DNA of 64,000 bases from Verrucomicrobiota bacterium (GCA_033762115.1 JANRLX010000103.1:25886-89885), one strand, 5' to 3'; counted from the first letter of the stretch, positions 18,101 to 27,532 are shown. Translations and numbers: made by a program. The notes: generated by a model from the letters alone, not told the origin.

Positions 18101-18948
18101 CGATCCTGGAGATTATCAAGGCGAGCTCTGATTTTCTTGCCCGCAAAGGTGTGGATTCGCCACGGCTGCAAAGTGAATTGTTGCTTGCCCATGTCCTGGA
18201 AATCCCCCGATTAAAGCTGTACCTGCAATTTGAGCGTGGGCTGGAGGAGCAGCAGATTTCCAGGATGCGGGAATTGGTCCGGCGACGGGGAAACCGGGAG
18301 CCTCTGCAACATCTGGTGGGGAGCGTTTCATTTTGTGGATATGAAATCGAAGTGAACCGGAGCGTGCTGATCCCGCGACCGGAAACGGAATTGCTGGCGG
18401 AGCAGGCATGGAAGTTCCTCAAGGGACTTGATGGCGCAACAACCCTGCTGGATTGGGGAACAGGAAGTGGATGCCTGCCCATTGCGATTCTTCTGAATGC
18501 GCCGGATGCAAGCGCGGTCGCGCTCGATATTTCAGCGGCGGCATTGGAGGTGGCGCAGCGAAACGTGGCGCGGCATGGCCTGCAGGGCCGGATTGAACTG
18601 TGGGAAAGCGACGGTTTCTCGGCAATCCCCGGCTTGATGCAGTTCGACCTGATCGTCTCCAACCCGCCATACATCCCAAGCCATGAAATTGATTCTCTCC
18701 AACCGGAAGTGAAGGAGTTTGACCCCCGCCTGGCGTTGGACGGAAGCGTGGATGGATTGAAGCGTTACCGCGAATTGGCCGAACAGGGCAGGAGGTTCAT
18801 GAAACCCGGTGGAAAAATCATGCTGGAACTGGGGGATGGGCAGGGAGAGGCGGTGCGGGAAATTTTTACGGGCCAAAACTGGATTGTGGAAACGATCCTC
18901 AACGATTATTCTGACCGTCAACGCGTTTTCATCGGCAGGATTGGATAG
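18097..18948 (+). CDS. prmC: Release factor glutamine methyltransferase
   Basis: EPLQHL, LIPRPETE, DWGTGSG, VSNPPY. Confidence 0.95.
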   Translation: MTILEIIKASSDFLARKGVDSPRLQSELLLAHVLEIPRLKLYLQFERGLEEQQISRMRELVRRRGNREPLQHLVGSVSFCGYEIEVNRSVLIPRPETELLAEQAWKFLKGLDGATTLLDWGTGSGCLPIAILLNAPDASAVALDISAAALEVAQRNVARHGLQGRIELWESDGFSAIPGLMQFDLIVSNPPYIPSHEIDSLQPEVKEFDPRLALDGSVDGLKRYRELAEQGRRFMKPGGKIMLELGDGQGEAVREIFTGQNWIVETILNDYSDRQRVFIGRIG

Positions 18949-18951
18949 ATC

Positions 18952-20214
18952 ATGGATTGTTTACAGATTAAAGGCGGCGTTCCGCTGGAAGGTGAAGTGG
19001 AGATCAGTGGCGCAAAAAATGCCGTTCTTCCCATATTGGCTGCAACCCTGTTGACGCGGGAAAAATGCGTCATTCATCGTGTGCCCGACCTCAGCGATGT
19101 GACTTTCATGGGGCAGATCCTGAGTTCACTTGGCGCAGAGGTTTCTTTTCAGGGCGGGAGCGTTTCCATCGAGGCAGACAAGATCACCGGAGTGGGCGAT
19201 TACGACCTGATCCGGAAAATGCGCGGCTCGATCTGCATTCTCGGCCCTTTGCTGGCGCGGCTGAAGAAAGCGCAGGTTTCACTCCCCGGCGGTTGTGTGA
19301 TTGGATCGCGCCCGGTTGACCTTCATTTGAAAGGATTGGAAGCGCTGGGGGCCAACATCAGGATTGAAGGCGGCTATGTGATCGCGACGGCAAAACGGCT
19401 GATCGGAAACGAAATGTTTTTGGGCGGTCGCTCAGGACCAACGGTCCTTGGGACTGCCAACATCATGATGGCTGCAACCCTGGCGGAAGGGGTCACGATC
19501 ATTGAAAGCGCCGCGTGCGAGCCTGAGGTGACCGACCTGGCGAATTTCCTGAATTCGATGGGGGCAAAAGTTTCCGGCGCAGGCAGTCCCACCATCACAA
19601 TCCAGGGGGTCAGGGAATTGCACGGCGCAGAGCATGAAGTGATTCCGGACCGAATCGAGGCCGCCACCTTTGCAATTGCCGCTGCCGCGACAGATGGCGA
19701 GGTGACGATCAAGGGATCGCGACCGGAGCATTACGGCGCGGTGCTGGATAAATTGCGCAATGCGGGCGTGCAGATCACGCGGACAGGATCGAACCTGAAA
19801 GTGAAGCGGGGAAGAAAATTGAAGGCAGTCGATGTCACCACACTGCCTTATTCCGGGTTTCCAACCGATGTTCAGGCGCAAATGATGGTGCTGATGGCGT
19901 TAACGCCCGGCATCAGCATTATCACGGAACGGATTTTTGAATCCCGCTTCATGCATGTCAGCGAACTGGCGCGGCTTGGCGCGGAAATTGCCATCGAAGG
20001 TCCCAGCGCCATAGTCAAAGGGGGAAGGCCGTTCAGTGGAGCCCCGGTGATGGCAAGTGACCTGCGGGCCTCGGCCGCACTGGTAATTGCGGGGATGGTT
20101 GCGGAGGGAACAACGCTGGTGAAACGGATTTACCACCTGGATCGGGGTTATGAAAACATCGATCAAAAACTTAAACGCCTGGGAGCACGGATCCAGCGGG
20201 TGCCGGAAACCTGA
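18952..20214 (+). CDS. murA: UDP-N-acetylglucosamine 1-carboxyvinyltransferase
   Basis: SGAKNA, PGGCVIGSRPVDLH, PDRIEA, FPTDVQ, DLRASA, LDRGYE. Confidence 0.98.
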   Translation: MDCLQIKGGVPLEGEVEISGAKNAVLPILAATLLTREKCVIHRVPDLSDVTFMGQILSSLGAEVSFQGGSVSIEADKITGVGDYDLIRKMRGSICILGPLLARLKKAQVSLPGGCVIGSRPVDLHLKGLEALGANIRIEGGYVIATAKRLIGNEMFLGGRSGPTVLGTANIMMAATLAEGVTIIESAACEPEVTDLANFLNSMGAKVSGAGSPTITIQGVRELHGAEHEVIPDRIEAATFAIAAAATDGEVTIKGSRPEHYGAVLDKLRNAGVQITRTGSNLKVKRGRKLKAVDVTTLPYSGFPTDVQAQMMVLMALTPGISIITERIFESRFMHVSELARLGAEIAIEGPSAIVKGGRPFSGAPVMASDLRASAALVIAGMVAEGTTLVKRIYHLDRGYENIDQKLKRLGARIQRVPET

Positions 20215-20242
20215 CCGGCCGTATGAAAGGAGATAACTGCGC

Positions 20243-20635
20243 ATGCTCAAGTTTTTGATTACCGCAGTGATTGTCCTGACGGTCTATTTCGGCACGAAAA
20301 AATTGATCTTCGAGTACAAGGAGGTCGAGCAGCAGGAAAAGGGGGGCGTGGTCAGCAGTGCGCCGCTCGGACTTGAAGGATTACCTCCCTATCTTGAGGC
20401 GAGCCTGGACACAGCCCAGAAACAAGGGCCGGGGACCATGCGGGAGTGGTTGAAGAAAAACCGGCATCTCGTGCGGGATCCGCGACTGGCGGAGATTGAG
20501 CTGGATTATGTGCTGCTGGTCAGCCGGGACAACCGGGAGGAAGCCAAACGCGTTTTCAAATCAGTGAAGGAACGCACCCCGAAAGATTCGCCGCTGGCTC
20601 CACGGATCAATCGCCTGGCAGCGACCTACGATTGA
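20243..20635 (+). CDS. Hypothetical membrane-anchored protein
   Basis: SD AGGAG upstream, N-terminal TM, helical soluble domain; lies between murA and the pseudouridine synthase on the same strand. Confidence 0.7.
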   Translation: MLKFLITAVIVLTVYFGTKKLIFEYKEVEQQEKGGVVSSAPLGLEGLPPYLEASLDTAQKQGPGTMREWLKKNRHLVRDPRLAEIELDYVLLVSRDNREEAKRVFKSVKERTPKDSPLAPRINRLAATYD

Positions 20636-20642
20636 TTGCGCT

Positions 20643-21206
20643 GTGCTGCTGGCATTCAACAAACCGCACGGAGTCCTTTCTCAATTCTCTCCGGATGGCT
20701 CCTCCAACCGAACTCTCGCGGATTTCGATTTTCCAAAAAATGTTTACCCGATCGGACGTCTGGATGCCGATTCCGAAGGATTGCTGCTCCTCAGTGATGA
20801 AGCGAGGTGGACCGACCGGTTGTTGAATCCGAAGCGCGGCCATGAGCGGACTTACTGGGTGCAGGTTGAACGAATTCCAACAATTGAAAGTTGCGGCACC
20901 CTGGAAGCAGGAGTTGAGATTCAAGGTTATCGAACCTTGCCCTGCAAGGCCAGGTTGCTGGAGCCCGCGCCGCTGGTGGCAGAACGCAACCCGCCGATTC
21001 GCTTCAGGAAAAATGTTCCGACCGCCTGGCTCGAGCTTTCATTGATTGAAGGAAAAAACCGGCAGGTCCGAAAGATGACCGCCGCGGTGGGGCACCCAAC
21101 TCTTCGACTCATCCGGGTGGCGATTGGAGAATTCCGGCTGGAGCAGTTGCCTGAAGGGAAGTGGAAGGAATTAAACGCCTCGGAACGGGCGTTATTGCTC
21201 GCTTGA
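20643..21206 (+). CDS. rRNA pseudouridine synthase (RluE/RsuA family)
   Basis: FNKPHGV, IGRLDADSEGLLLL, EGKNRQVRKM. Confidence 0.92.
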   Translation: MLLAFNKPHGVLSQFSPDGSSNRTLADFDFPKNVYPIGRLDADSEGLLLLSDEARWTDRLLNPKRGHERTYWVQVERIPTIESCGTLEAGVEIQGYRTLPCKARLLEPAPLVAERNPPIRFRKNVPTAWLELSLIEGKNRQVRKMTAAVGHPTLRLIRVAIGEFRLEQLPEGKWKELNASERALLLA

Positions 21207-21250
21207 AATGGAGCTCAGAGAGTTGGCAGGCGATGTTGGTGCGATCCCGA

Positions 21251-22672
21251 TTATTTGGGTGGAGTGCTTTTCGGCATTTTGCCTTTGAAAGGCAAGGTAT
21301 CCGGGGTAACGCGCACTTCGGTTGTGAATTTTAGCGGAGCAGGTTTTCCTTCAAAGGTGAACTCCACAAAATAGGCGGTCCAACCTTCAACCGGTGGCGG
21401 CACTTCGATGGACCAGAGAGTGGCGTTGGGATCAAGATCCCGGCTGGCCCATGAAGGGCCAATGGTTTCGAGCCGGAAATCGCGGGCGGTGGGATTGGTG
21501 GCCTGCCAAAGTTTTACGGCATGCGCTTTCTTGTTGAGGCTCGCTTCAATTTTTCCGGGGGTGTCCATGTTCCATGAAATTTCAGGAACTGTTTTTTTCG
21601 TCAGGATGCTTTGGTAAAATGCGAGCAGGCTTTGCGAGGCATCTGATTTTCTGAGCGAATGGTCTGTGTTGGGAATGTAGCGGAGATATTTCGGTCCTTT
21701 CAGCTCTTTCCAGTAAAATTGGGCGGAATCGGGCAGGAAAAACTGGTCGCCAGTGGCATTGATCAGATATTTGGGAAGTGTCAGCCGGTCGCGATATTCA
21801 AACGGCTCCTCGATTTTCATCAATGCCTTGTATTCCGGGGTATAGGTCCAGTCCATGATCCGCATCGCTTCATAATCCCCCACCGCAGGCGCCCAGAAAC
21901 CGTAGGCTTCATAATGATGCTCGAAGGAGGGGATGACATTGAGCATGTCGATGACAATTGGAATGATTGCCACGACGCGTGAATCCACTGCTGCGGTGGT
22001 CCAGCTGGTCCAGCCTCGTTTTGATGCACCGCTGACGACAAAGCCGCTGACCTGGTGAGCCCCGGCTTTTTGGCTGCGGGAAAAGGCAGCGACGGTATCC
22101 ATGGCGCGAACGGCGCTTTTGGTCATGGGCAATCGCGCGGGCCAGCGTTGGTCCCCGGTGCGAAGATATCGATCCCATGTATAGGCCACCAGGCTGTCTT
22201 CATGGCGCTCTTCGCCGTCTCCCTTGAATTTCAGCGGCTGGTTCGGGACCATGCGTAATTCGCTGACGATGGAATCGGTGGTGGTTGCGATTTGCAGCAG
22301 GTCCGCCGGAGGGTTCCGGGGAGGTTCCTTGTCATTGCTGTCGCCGGTAATGAAAAGGAGGGAATTGGTATGCTTGACCTCTTCGGGAATGATAACGGTC
22401 AACCAATGTTTCCAGAGTGGCTGATTCACCTCGTTGGTGGTGAGCCAGGCCTGGGAGGTCATTTCCAGTAAATGCGCCTGCGCCGCGCCCGCTTTGTCGG
22501 AACGAACCACGCGCCAGGTGTAATTGGTGTCCGGCTGGGCAACGTATTCATCGAGAGCGGTGCGGACATCGATTTTTTTTGGTTGCAGAGCGTGGCTGGG
22601 AACGGAGCTGCCTGCCAGCAAGCCGAGAAGAAGCGCAAGTGTGGACCGCCACGCCATTGAAAACAGTTGCAT
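21251..22672 (-). CDS. PhoPQ-activated pathogenicity-related (PqaA-like) alpha/beta hydrolase, secreted
   Basis: LDEYV, MTSQAWL, VPNQP, PMTKSAVRAMD, GASKRGWT, GDQFFLPD, PNTDH. Confidence 0.88.
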   Translation of the reverse strand: MQLFSMAWRSTLALLLGLLAGSSVPSHALQPKKIDVRTALDEYVAQPDTNYTWRVVRSDKAGAAQAHLLEMTSQAWLTTNEVNQPLWKHWLTVIIPEEVKHTNSLLFITGDSNDKEPPRNPPADLLQIATTTDSIVSELRMVPNQPLKFKGDGEERHEDSLVAYTWDRYLRTGDQRWPARLPMTKSAVRAMDTVAAFSRSQKAGAHQVSGFVVSGASKRGWTSWTTAAVDSRVVAIIPIVIDMLNVIPSFEHHYEAYGFWAPAVGDYEAMRIMDWTYTPEYKALMKIEEPFEYRDRLTLPKYLINATGDQFFLPDSAQFYWKELKGPKYLRYIPNTDHSLRKSDASQSLLAFYQSILTKKTVPEISWNMDTPGKIEASLNKKAHAVKLWQATNPTARDFRLETIGPSWASRDLDPNATLWSIEVPPPVEGWTAYFVEFTFEGKPAPLKFTTEVRVTPDTLPFKGKMPKSTPPK

Positions 22673-22764
22673 CGCGGAACTTTATCCAGAGAGGCGGGTG
22701 GGTCAACCATTGGCCTCAAGAATTCCGCAGTTTGTCCCTTCCATCTTTGACGCAGTCGGTTACG

Positions 22765-23589
22765 ATGAGAGCAATGCGTGGCGCGCAAACCAGGACCGCC
22801 TTGCTTGCAGCACTGTTGCTGCTCCTTCTGATTTCCCCCTCCGGCAACGCGCAGTTCTCCGACCGGAACGGCGTTCCCTCATGGGAAGTGGATAAGAAAA
22901 TGCCCAGGGATTTGTTCACTTTTGTCCGGATCGAATACTCCTCCTATGGCAGGCGTGGACGGCGCGGAGGGGGCGGTTGGGCAACGGACTGGCCTGATGC
23001 CGAGCTGAACCTCGCCTGGCGGATGCAACAGATGACTTCGTTGCGGATCGCCCCGGAAGGGATTTACATGCGCTTAACCGATCCGCAATTGTTCAAGTAT
23101 CCGTTCATCTACATTGTTGAGCCGGGGGGATTGGTTTTTGAAGAGGAGGAGGTTCCGATCCTGCGCAAATATCTGCTGAATGGCGGTTTCCTGATGATCG
23201 ATGATTTCTGGGGTGAGCGGGAATATGAGAACCTCGCCGAACAGATGGCACGGGTGTTTCCTGACCGTGAACCGGAGGAGGTGCCGCTGGAACATCCGAT
23301 TTTCCACACGGTATTCGACTTGAAGGAAAAACCGCAAATCCCAAGCATCGCCTGGGCTTTCCAGGGACGTGAATACGGGATCACCTGGGAGCGGGAGGAT
23401 GCGAAAACGCCGCATTACAAAGCGATCTACGACGACAAAAAACGGATCATGGTTTTTATCTGTCATAATACGGACCTGGGAGATGGATGGGAGCGGGAGG
23501 GAGAGGATGAATGGTACTTCCGGGAATTTTCGGAAAAAAAAGCCTACCCGCTCGGGATCAATATCATCTTCTACGCCATGACTCATTAA
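22765..23589 (+). CDS. DUF4159 domain secreted protein
   Basis: FTFVRIEY, WATDWPDAE, YPFIY, GGFLMIDDFWG, NTDLGDGWE, GINIIFYAMTH. Confidence 0.88.
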   Translation: MRAMRGAQTRTALLAALLLLLLISPSGNAQFSDRNGVPSWEVDKKMPRDLFTFVRIEYSSYGRRGRRGGGGWATDWPDAELNLAWRMQQMTSLRIAPEGIYMRLTDPQLFKYPFIYIVEPGGLVFEEEEVPILRKYLLNGGFLMIDDFWGEREYENLAEQMARVFPDREPEEVPLEHPIFHTVFDLKEKPQIPSIAWAFQGREYGITWEREDAKTPHYKAIYDDKKRIMVFICHNTDLGDGWEREGEDEWYFREFSEKKAYPLGINIIFYAMTH

Positions 23590-23606
23590 CGGAGTTAAGG
23601 GAATCT

Positions 23607-24620
23607 ATGGAGCAGCACACAGTGACGCCAACGTTCGAGCAGGAACAGAAAACATTCGAGCAGATCAGCTCCAGTCGCAGCCGGATCAGGACTGAATTAT
23701 CCAAGACCATCACCGGGCAGGAGGAAGTGATCGAACAGATCCTCCTGGCATTGTTCTCGGGAGGGCATTGCCTGATCACCGGGGCTCCCGGTCTGGCCAA
23801 AACGCTCCTCGTCAAATCGATTGCCCAGATTTTTCATCTGCAATTTCAGCGCATCCAGTTCACGCCGGACTTGATGCCAGCCGATATTACCGGCACGGAA
23901 ATCCTGACGGACACCGAACAGGGAAGAAAGCTGGTTTTTGTGAAGGGACCGATTTTCGGGAACATGATCCTCGCCGATGAAATCAACCGCACCCCGCCCA
24001 AAACCCAGGCGGCGTTGCTGGAGGCCATGCAGGAGCACCAGGTCACCGCAGCGGGAATTCGCTACGCCCTTCCTGAACCGTTCTTTGTACTGGCGACTCA
24101 AAATCCAATCGAAATGGAGGGGACCTATCCTTTGCCTGAAGCCCAACTCGACCGTTTCATGTTCAATGTGATCGTCGATTACCTCCCTGAAGACCAGGAA
24201 GTGGCGGTGGTGACCAACACCACTGCGCAACGGGGCGCCGCCCCGGAACCGCTTTTTACCGGGGAGGATGTGTTGCGCTTCCATGATCTGGTCCGGCGCG
24301 TTCCCATGGCTGAAGAGGTGGTACGGTATGCGGTGCGGCTTGCCGCTGCCTCCCGACCACGCCAGCCGCACACACCGAATTTTGTGACGGAATGGGTCAA
24401 CTGGGGCGCCGGGTTGCGGGCTGGCCAGTTCCTTGTGCTTGGAGCGAAAGCACGCGCCCTCCTGGGCGGTCGTTCCCATGCCACGGTTGAAGATGTCCGG
24501 GCACTGGCCAAACCTGCCTTGCGACATCGCATCCTGTTGAATTACCGGGCGGAGGCGGAAGGTGTGACAGTGGAAAAGGTCATCGATCAACTTCTCGGTC
24601 ACGTGCCCACACGCTCCTGA
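23607..24620 (+). CDS. MoxR-family AAA+ ATPase
   Basis: GAPGLAKT, RIQFTPDLMPADITG, LADEINRTPPKTQ, ATQNPIE, AQLDRF. Confidence 0.95.
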   Translation: MEQHTVTPTFEQEQKTFEQISSSRSRIRTELSKTITGQEEVIEQILLALFSGGHCLITGAPGLAKTLLVKSIAQIFHLQFQRIQFTPDLMPADITGTEILTDTEQGRKLVFVKGPIFGNMILADEINRTPPKTQAALLEAMQEHQVTAAGIRYALPEPFFVLATQNPIEMEGTYPLPEAQLDRFMFNVIVDYLPEDQEVAVVTNTTAQRGAAPEPLFTGEDVLRFHDLVRRVPMAEEVVRYAVRLAAASRPRQPHTPNFVTEWVNWGAGLRAGQFLVLGAKARALLGGRSHATVEDVRALAKPALRHRILLNYRAEAEGVTVEKVIDQLLGHVPTRS

Positions 24621-24623
24621 AGA

Positions 24624-25514
24624 ATGATCACAGCCCCGCGCGAACGTTTCCTGGATGTGCCATCATTGATGACCATCCGGAATCTGGAACTGCGCGCAAA
24701 AGTGGTGGTGGAAGGGTTCTGGAACGGGCTTCATCGCAGTCCCTATCACGGTTTCTCCGTCGAGTTCACCGAATATCGCCAGTACACCCCGGGAGATGAT
24801 CCGCGATACCTTGATTGGAGACTTTTCGCACGTTCGGACCGTTATTACATCAAGAAGTTCGAGGATGAAACCAACCTCCGTTGCCTGTTAATGGTCGACC
24901 AAAGCCGTTCGATGCTTTTCGGTTCCGGCAGCTACAGCAAAAACGATTATGCGCATACCCTCGCGGCAACACTCGCCTATTTTTTATTCGAGCAGGGAGA
25001 CGCCGTGGGGTTAATGGCATTTCATGAACGCATCCAGGAGTATCTTCCCGTGCGAAACCGGCCCGGCCACCTTCGGCAGATCATGCTTGCCCTGGAAAAA
25101 CCGGCGGCAGGGAAGGAAACGAACCTTGCCCTTCCATTGAAGCGGGTCAGCGAAATGGTCCGGAAACGGGGAATGTTCGTCATGATCTCGGATTTTTTGA
25201 CGCCGCTGGAGGAGTTTGCCTCCGCGCTCCGGCTGCTCGCGGCCTCGGGAAATGAATTGCTTCTGTTCCAGGTGCTTGATCCTGCGGAAGTGATTTTCAA
25301 CCTGGAGAAAGTCACGCTTTTTCAGGACCGGGAAAATGAGCGTGAATTGTTCATTGACCCTGCCCAGGCCAGGGGCGGTTACCTGGCCCGCTTCAATGAA
25401 CATCAACTCGCGTTGCGGCAAATCGCCCAGGGCCTCGGAGCGCATTATCAGCTGCTTCGCACCGACCAGTTGCTCCAACATGCGCTGCTGGAATTTTTGC
25501 AGCGGAGGGTCTGA
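24624..25514 (+). CDS. DUF58 domain protein
   Basis: GLHRSPYHGFSVEFTEYRQYTPGDD, DQSRSM, ISDF; follows moxR. Confidence 0.92.
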   Translation: MITAPRERFLDVPSLMTIRNLELRAKVVVEGFWNGLHRSPYHGFSVEFTEYRQYTPGDDPRYLDWRLFARSDRYYIKKFEDETNLRCLLMVDQSRSMLFGSGSYSKNDYAHTLAATLAYFLFEQGDAVGLMAFHERIQEYLPVRNRPGHLRQIMLALEKPAAGKETNLALPLKRVSEMVRKRGMFVMISDFLTPLEEFASALRLLAASGNELLLFQVLDPAEVIFNLEKVTLFQDRENERELFIDPAQARGGYLARFNEHQLALRQIAQGLGAHYQLLRTDQLLQHALLEFLQRRV

Positions 25515-25554
25515 CGCCCGATTCCACTGACGGATACCACCCTTATATTCCTGA

Positions 25555-25694
25555 GAAAAGTTTCAGTTCTTTCCCCCATATTCACTTTTAAGCGAGGTGC
25601 TAGCTTATTCCCGAGCAAGCCACTTTTCGGGGCTTGCAAGGAGGGGTAAAAGTGGGGGATGGAAAGGGACTGGTGGATAAGCCAGTCCCTTTTA
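25555..25694 (+). ncRNA. Candidate ~140-nt structured small RNA
   Basis: TTCCAC-N16-TATATT at 25522-25549; nested stems TCCCC/GGGGA, CACTTTTA/TAAAAGTG and GCAAGCC/GGCTTGC; ends in an intrinsic terminator. Confidence 0.4.
25663..25694 (+). terminator. Rho-independent terminator
   Basis: AAAGGGACTGG-8 nt loop-CCAGTCCCTTTT. Confidence 0.75.
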
Positions 25695-25729
25695 CTTCCA
25701 GAATTTCCAGGCAAGAGAAGATTGATCCG

Positions 25730-25753
25730 GTTCCGCTTCCTGCGAAGCGGAAC
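25730..25753. terminator. Hairpin immediately after the stop of the 25756 gene
   Basis: GTTCCGCTTC-ctgc-GAAGCGGAAC perfect 10-bp stem. Confidence 0.5.
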
Positions 25754-25755
25754 GT

Positions 25756-26718
25756 TTAGTTTCGATACTGGCGATGGCAGTCGCGGCACGATTTCGCCAC
25801 CCTGGACCAGTAAACCGCACCCTGTGCAGGTTTCACTCTACCTTCGCTCTCCTTGAGAAAGCGTCGTAACTCCAGCAGTTCAACTTCGGCAGCTTGAAGC
25901 CGCTTCAAAAAATCCTCCCCCAATCTTGCCGCTTCCGGCGAACGCGCCAGTTCGCGATACGATTCAGCCAGTAACATCGCGCTTCGGGCCGGAGAGAAGT
26001 CAGGGTGTGCAGCGGAAATTTTGTAGTCTTCCTTTTGGAACGCTTCCAGTTCCTCCCATGATTTGTCGATCAGCACCATTGCCTCAACCATTGAGGAGGG
26101 GCGAACAGCTTCCGGGAATTCATCGGGAATTGCTGCCATTGCCGCAGGAGCAACCGGTTGAAAATGCTTCACCATTTCGAACAAGCCGGGATAGTCAGGA
26201 GAGGTCCCGGCGGCTTTCAACCACGATTCACCCTGGCTGTTGTCCCACAGCCCAAGTCCCTGGCACACCACTGCCGCCGCGGCAGGGCCGCGATGTTTCC
26301 CGTGGTGACAATGCAGGTAGACCGGCCCGCCTGCTGATTGCGCAGCTTTCACAATCCGTTGCATGTTCGAAACTGTCGTGCCGTCGTATCCCATCGGAAT
26401 ATGGATGTAACGAATGCCGTGGGCCCGGGCGGTCTCGACTTCCGGTCGGGCCCCATCCACGGAAATAATCGTTTTGATTCCACGGTCCGCCAGTTCCTTG
26501 AAGCTGTTGCTGCTCTGCGGGGAACCGCCTGAATAAACGCCAGCCTGGAGGAGGAACAGGTTTTCCAGAGTTTCTGAAGGAATTTTCTGAAAGGCAGGCT
26601 GGTTCGTCTGGGCAAAGAGGGTACAGGCATGAAGCAAAAATAGAAGCGACAATCCAACAGTCACTTCCATTAGACCGCGAGAACGTAAGAACGTTTTATG
26701 AATGGATGAGCTCATCAC
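25756..26718 (-). CDS. Exported protein: CX5R (PTP/DUF442-like) domain fused to a C-terminal cytochrome c'-type heme motif; start may be downstream, near 26670
   Basis: Signal peptide; GIKTIISVDG, YIHIPMGYDG, YLHCHHGKHRG (CX5R); helical C-terminal domain ending SCRDCHRQYRN. Confidence 0.8.
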   Translation of the reverse strand: MMSSSIHKTFLRSRGLMEVTVGLSLLFLLHACTLFAQTNQPAFQKIPSETLENLFLLQAGVYSGGSPQSSNSFKELADRGIKTIISVDGARPEVETARAHGIRYIHIPMGYDGTTVSNMQRIVKAAQSAGGPVYLHCHHGKHRGPAAAAVVCQGLGLWDNSQGESWLKAAGTSPDYPGLFEMVKHFQPVAPAAMAAIPDEFPEAVRPSSMVEAMVLIDKSWEELEAFQKEDYKISAAHPDFSPARSAMLLAESYRELARSPEAARLGEDFLKRLQAAEVELLELRRFLKESEGRVKPAQGAVYWSRVAKSCRDCHRQYRN

Positions 26719-26733
26719 CAGCGCCAGCGCTCT

Positions 26734-26901
26734 TCAATAAACGATGATTCGCTCCGCCTCAAAGATTTGTTCAAGCAATTGATCGTAATCGGGGGAGCTG
26801 CTGGTCAGGTCAAATTCCGCTATTGAACCAGTTTCCCGTTGCTGATTGAACCCGGTCGCGATCAATTCCTCTGCTGGGCGTGTGAAAATGAGAAGAGTCA
26901 T
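26734..26901 (-). CDS. Small DsrH/TusB-like protein (55 aa, below the ORF-track cut-off)
   Basis: MTLLIFTRPAEELIATGFNQQRETGSIAEFDLTSSSPDYDQLLEQIFEAERIIVY*. The C-terminal DYxxLLxxIFExxxII pattern resembles DsrH/TusB; starts 5 nt after the DsrF-like stop. Confidence 0.65.
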   Translation of the reverse strand: MTLLIFTRPAEELIATGFNQQRETGSIAEFDLTSSSPDYDQLLEQIFEAERIIVY

Positions 26902-26906
26902 GAATT

Positions 26907-27209
26907 TTAGGGGAGGTCTGAAAAGCAGGAGGTATAATCAGCATCGGCAACTGATTGACTGAAAGAATCGCCGTCGGTCGTCACCGGGCATTGTTCCTCT
27001 TTTAGAATTTTTAAGTAAGTGGTGATCAATTCATTCTCCAACCCTGCATCAGGAGCGAGCAAATGAACCGCCGCACCGCGCAAGTGGACTGCGACCTGCA
27101 CTCGTTTCCAGACAGCCACACCCGCAGCCACCCGCAAGGCCTCGAGCGCTTTCCCTGACCGCGCTGGATCACTCTCGATCACGATCAGCCATTTTTTTGA
27201 CTTGGCCAT
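26907..27209 (-). CDS. DsrF/DsrE-like sulfur relay protein
   Basis: LIVIESDP..SGKALEALRVAAG...VAVHLRGAAV fits the DsrE/F fold. Confidence 0.7.
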   Translation of the reverse strand: MAKSKKWLIVIESDPARSGKALEALRVAAGVAVWKRVQVAVHLRGAAVHLLAPDAGLENELITTYLKILKEEQCPVTTDGDSFSQSVADADYTSCFSDLP

Positions 27210-27211
27210 GC

Positions 27212-27529
27212 TCAGGCAAAGGTGACAAAACGGTCTGTGGCAGCAATCAGGTCACTTAAAGTGGCGAGTCCGGCGAAGGTGGCCGAATCAGAAATGGCAA
27301 TACTCCGTTTTTGAGCGGCATAAGCGCAGCCGAACAAACGCACTCCACTTCCCTTGAGCGATTGAAGTTCCGTTTGAGTGATGCCCGCGACTGCTTCATC
27401 CAGGCAATAAAGATAAACCTCCACGGAATGGCGTTGGGCAGCATCCGCCAGCTTGATCGCATGGGTAAAATTGCGACTTCCCGGCGGGGCGGCAAGAAGG
27501 ATGGCGAGTTTGCGAGCTCGCGACTCCAT
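27212..27529 (-). CDS. DsrE/TusD-like sulfur relay protein
   Basis: KLAILLAAPP, VYLYCLDEAV, conserved Cys in FGCAYAAQKR, GLATLSDLIAATDRFVTF. Confidence 0.82.
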   Translation of the reverse strand: MESRARKLAILLAAPPGSRNFTHAIKLADAAQRHSVEVYLYCLDEAVAGITQTELQSLKGSGVRLFGCAYAAQKRSIAISDSATFAGLATLSDLIAATDRFVTFA

Positions 27530-27532
27530 GAA

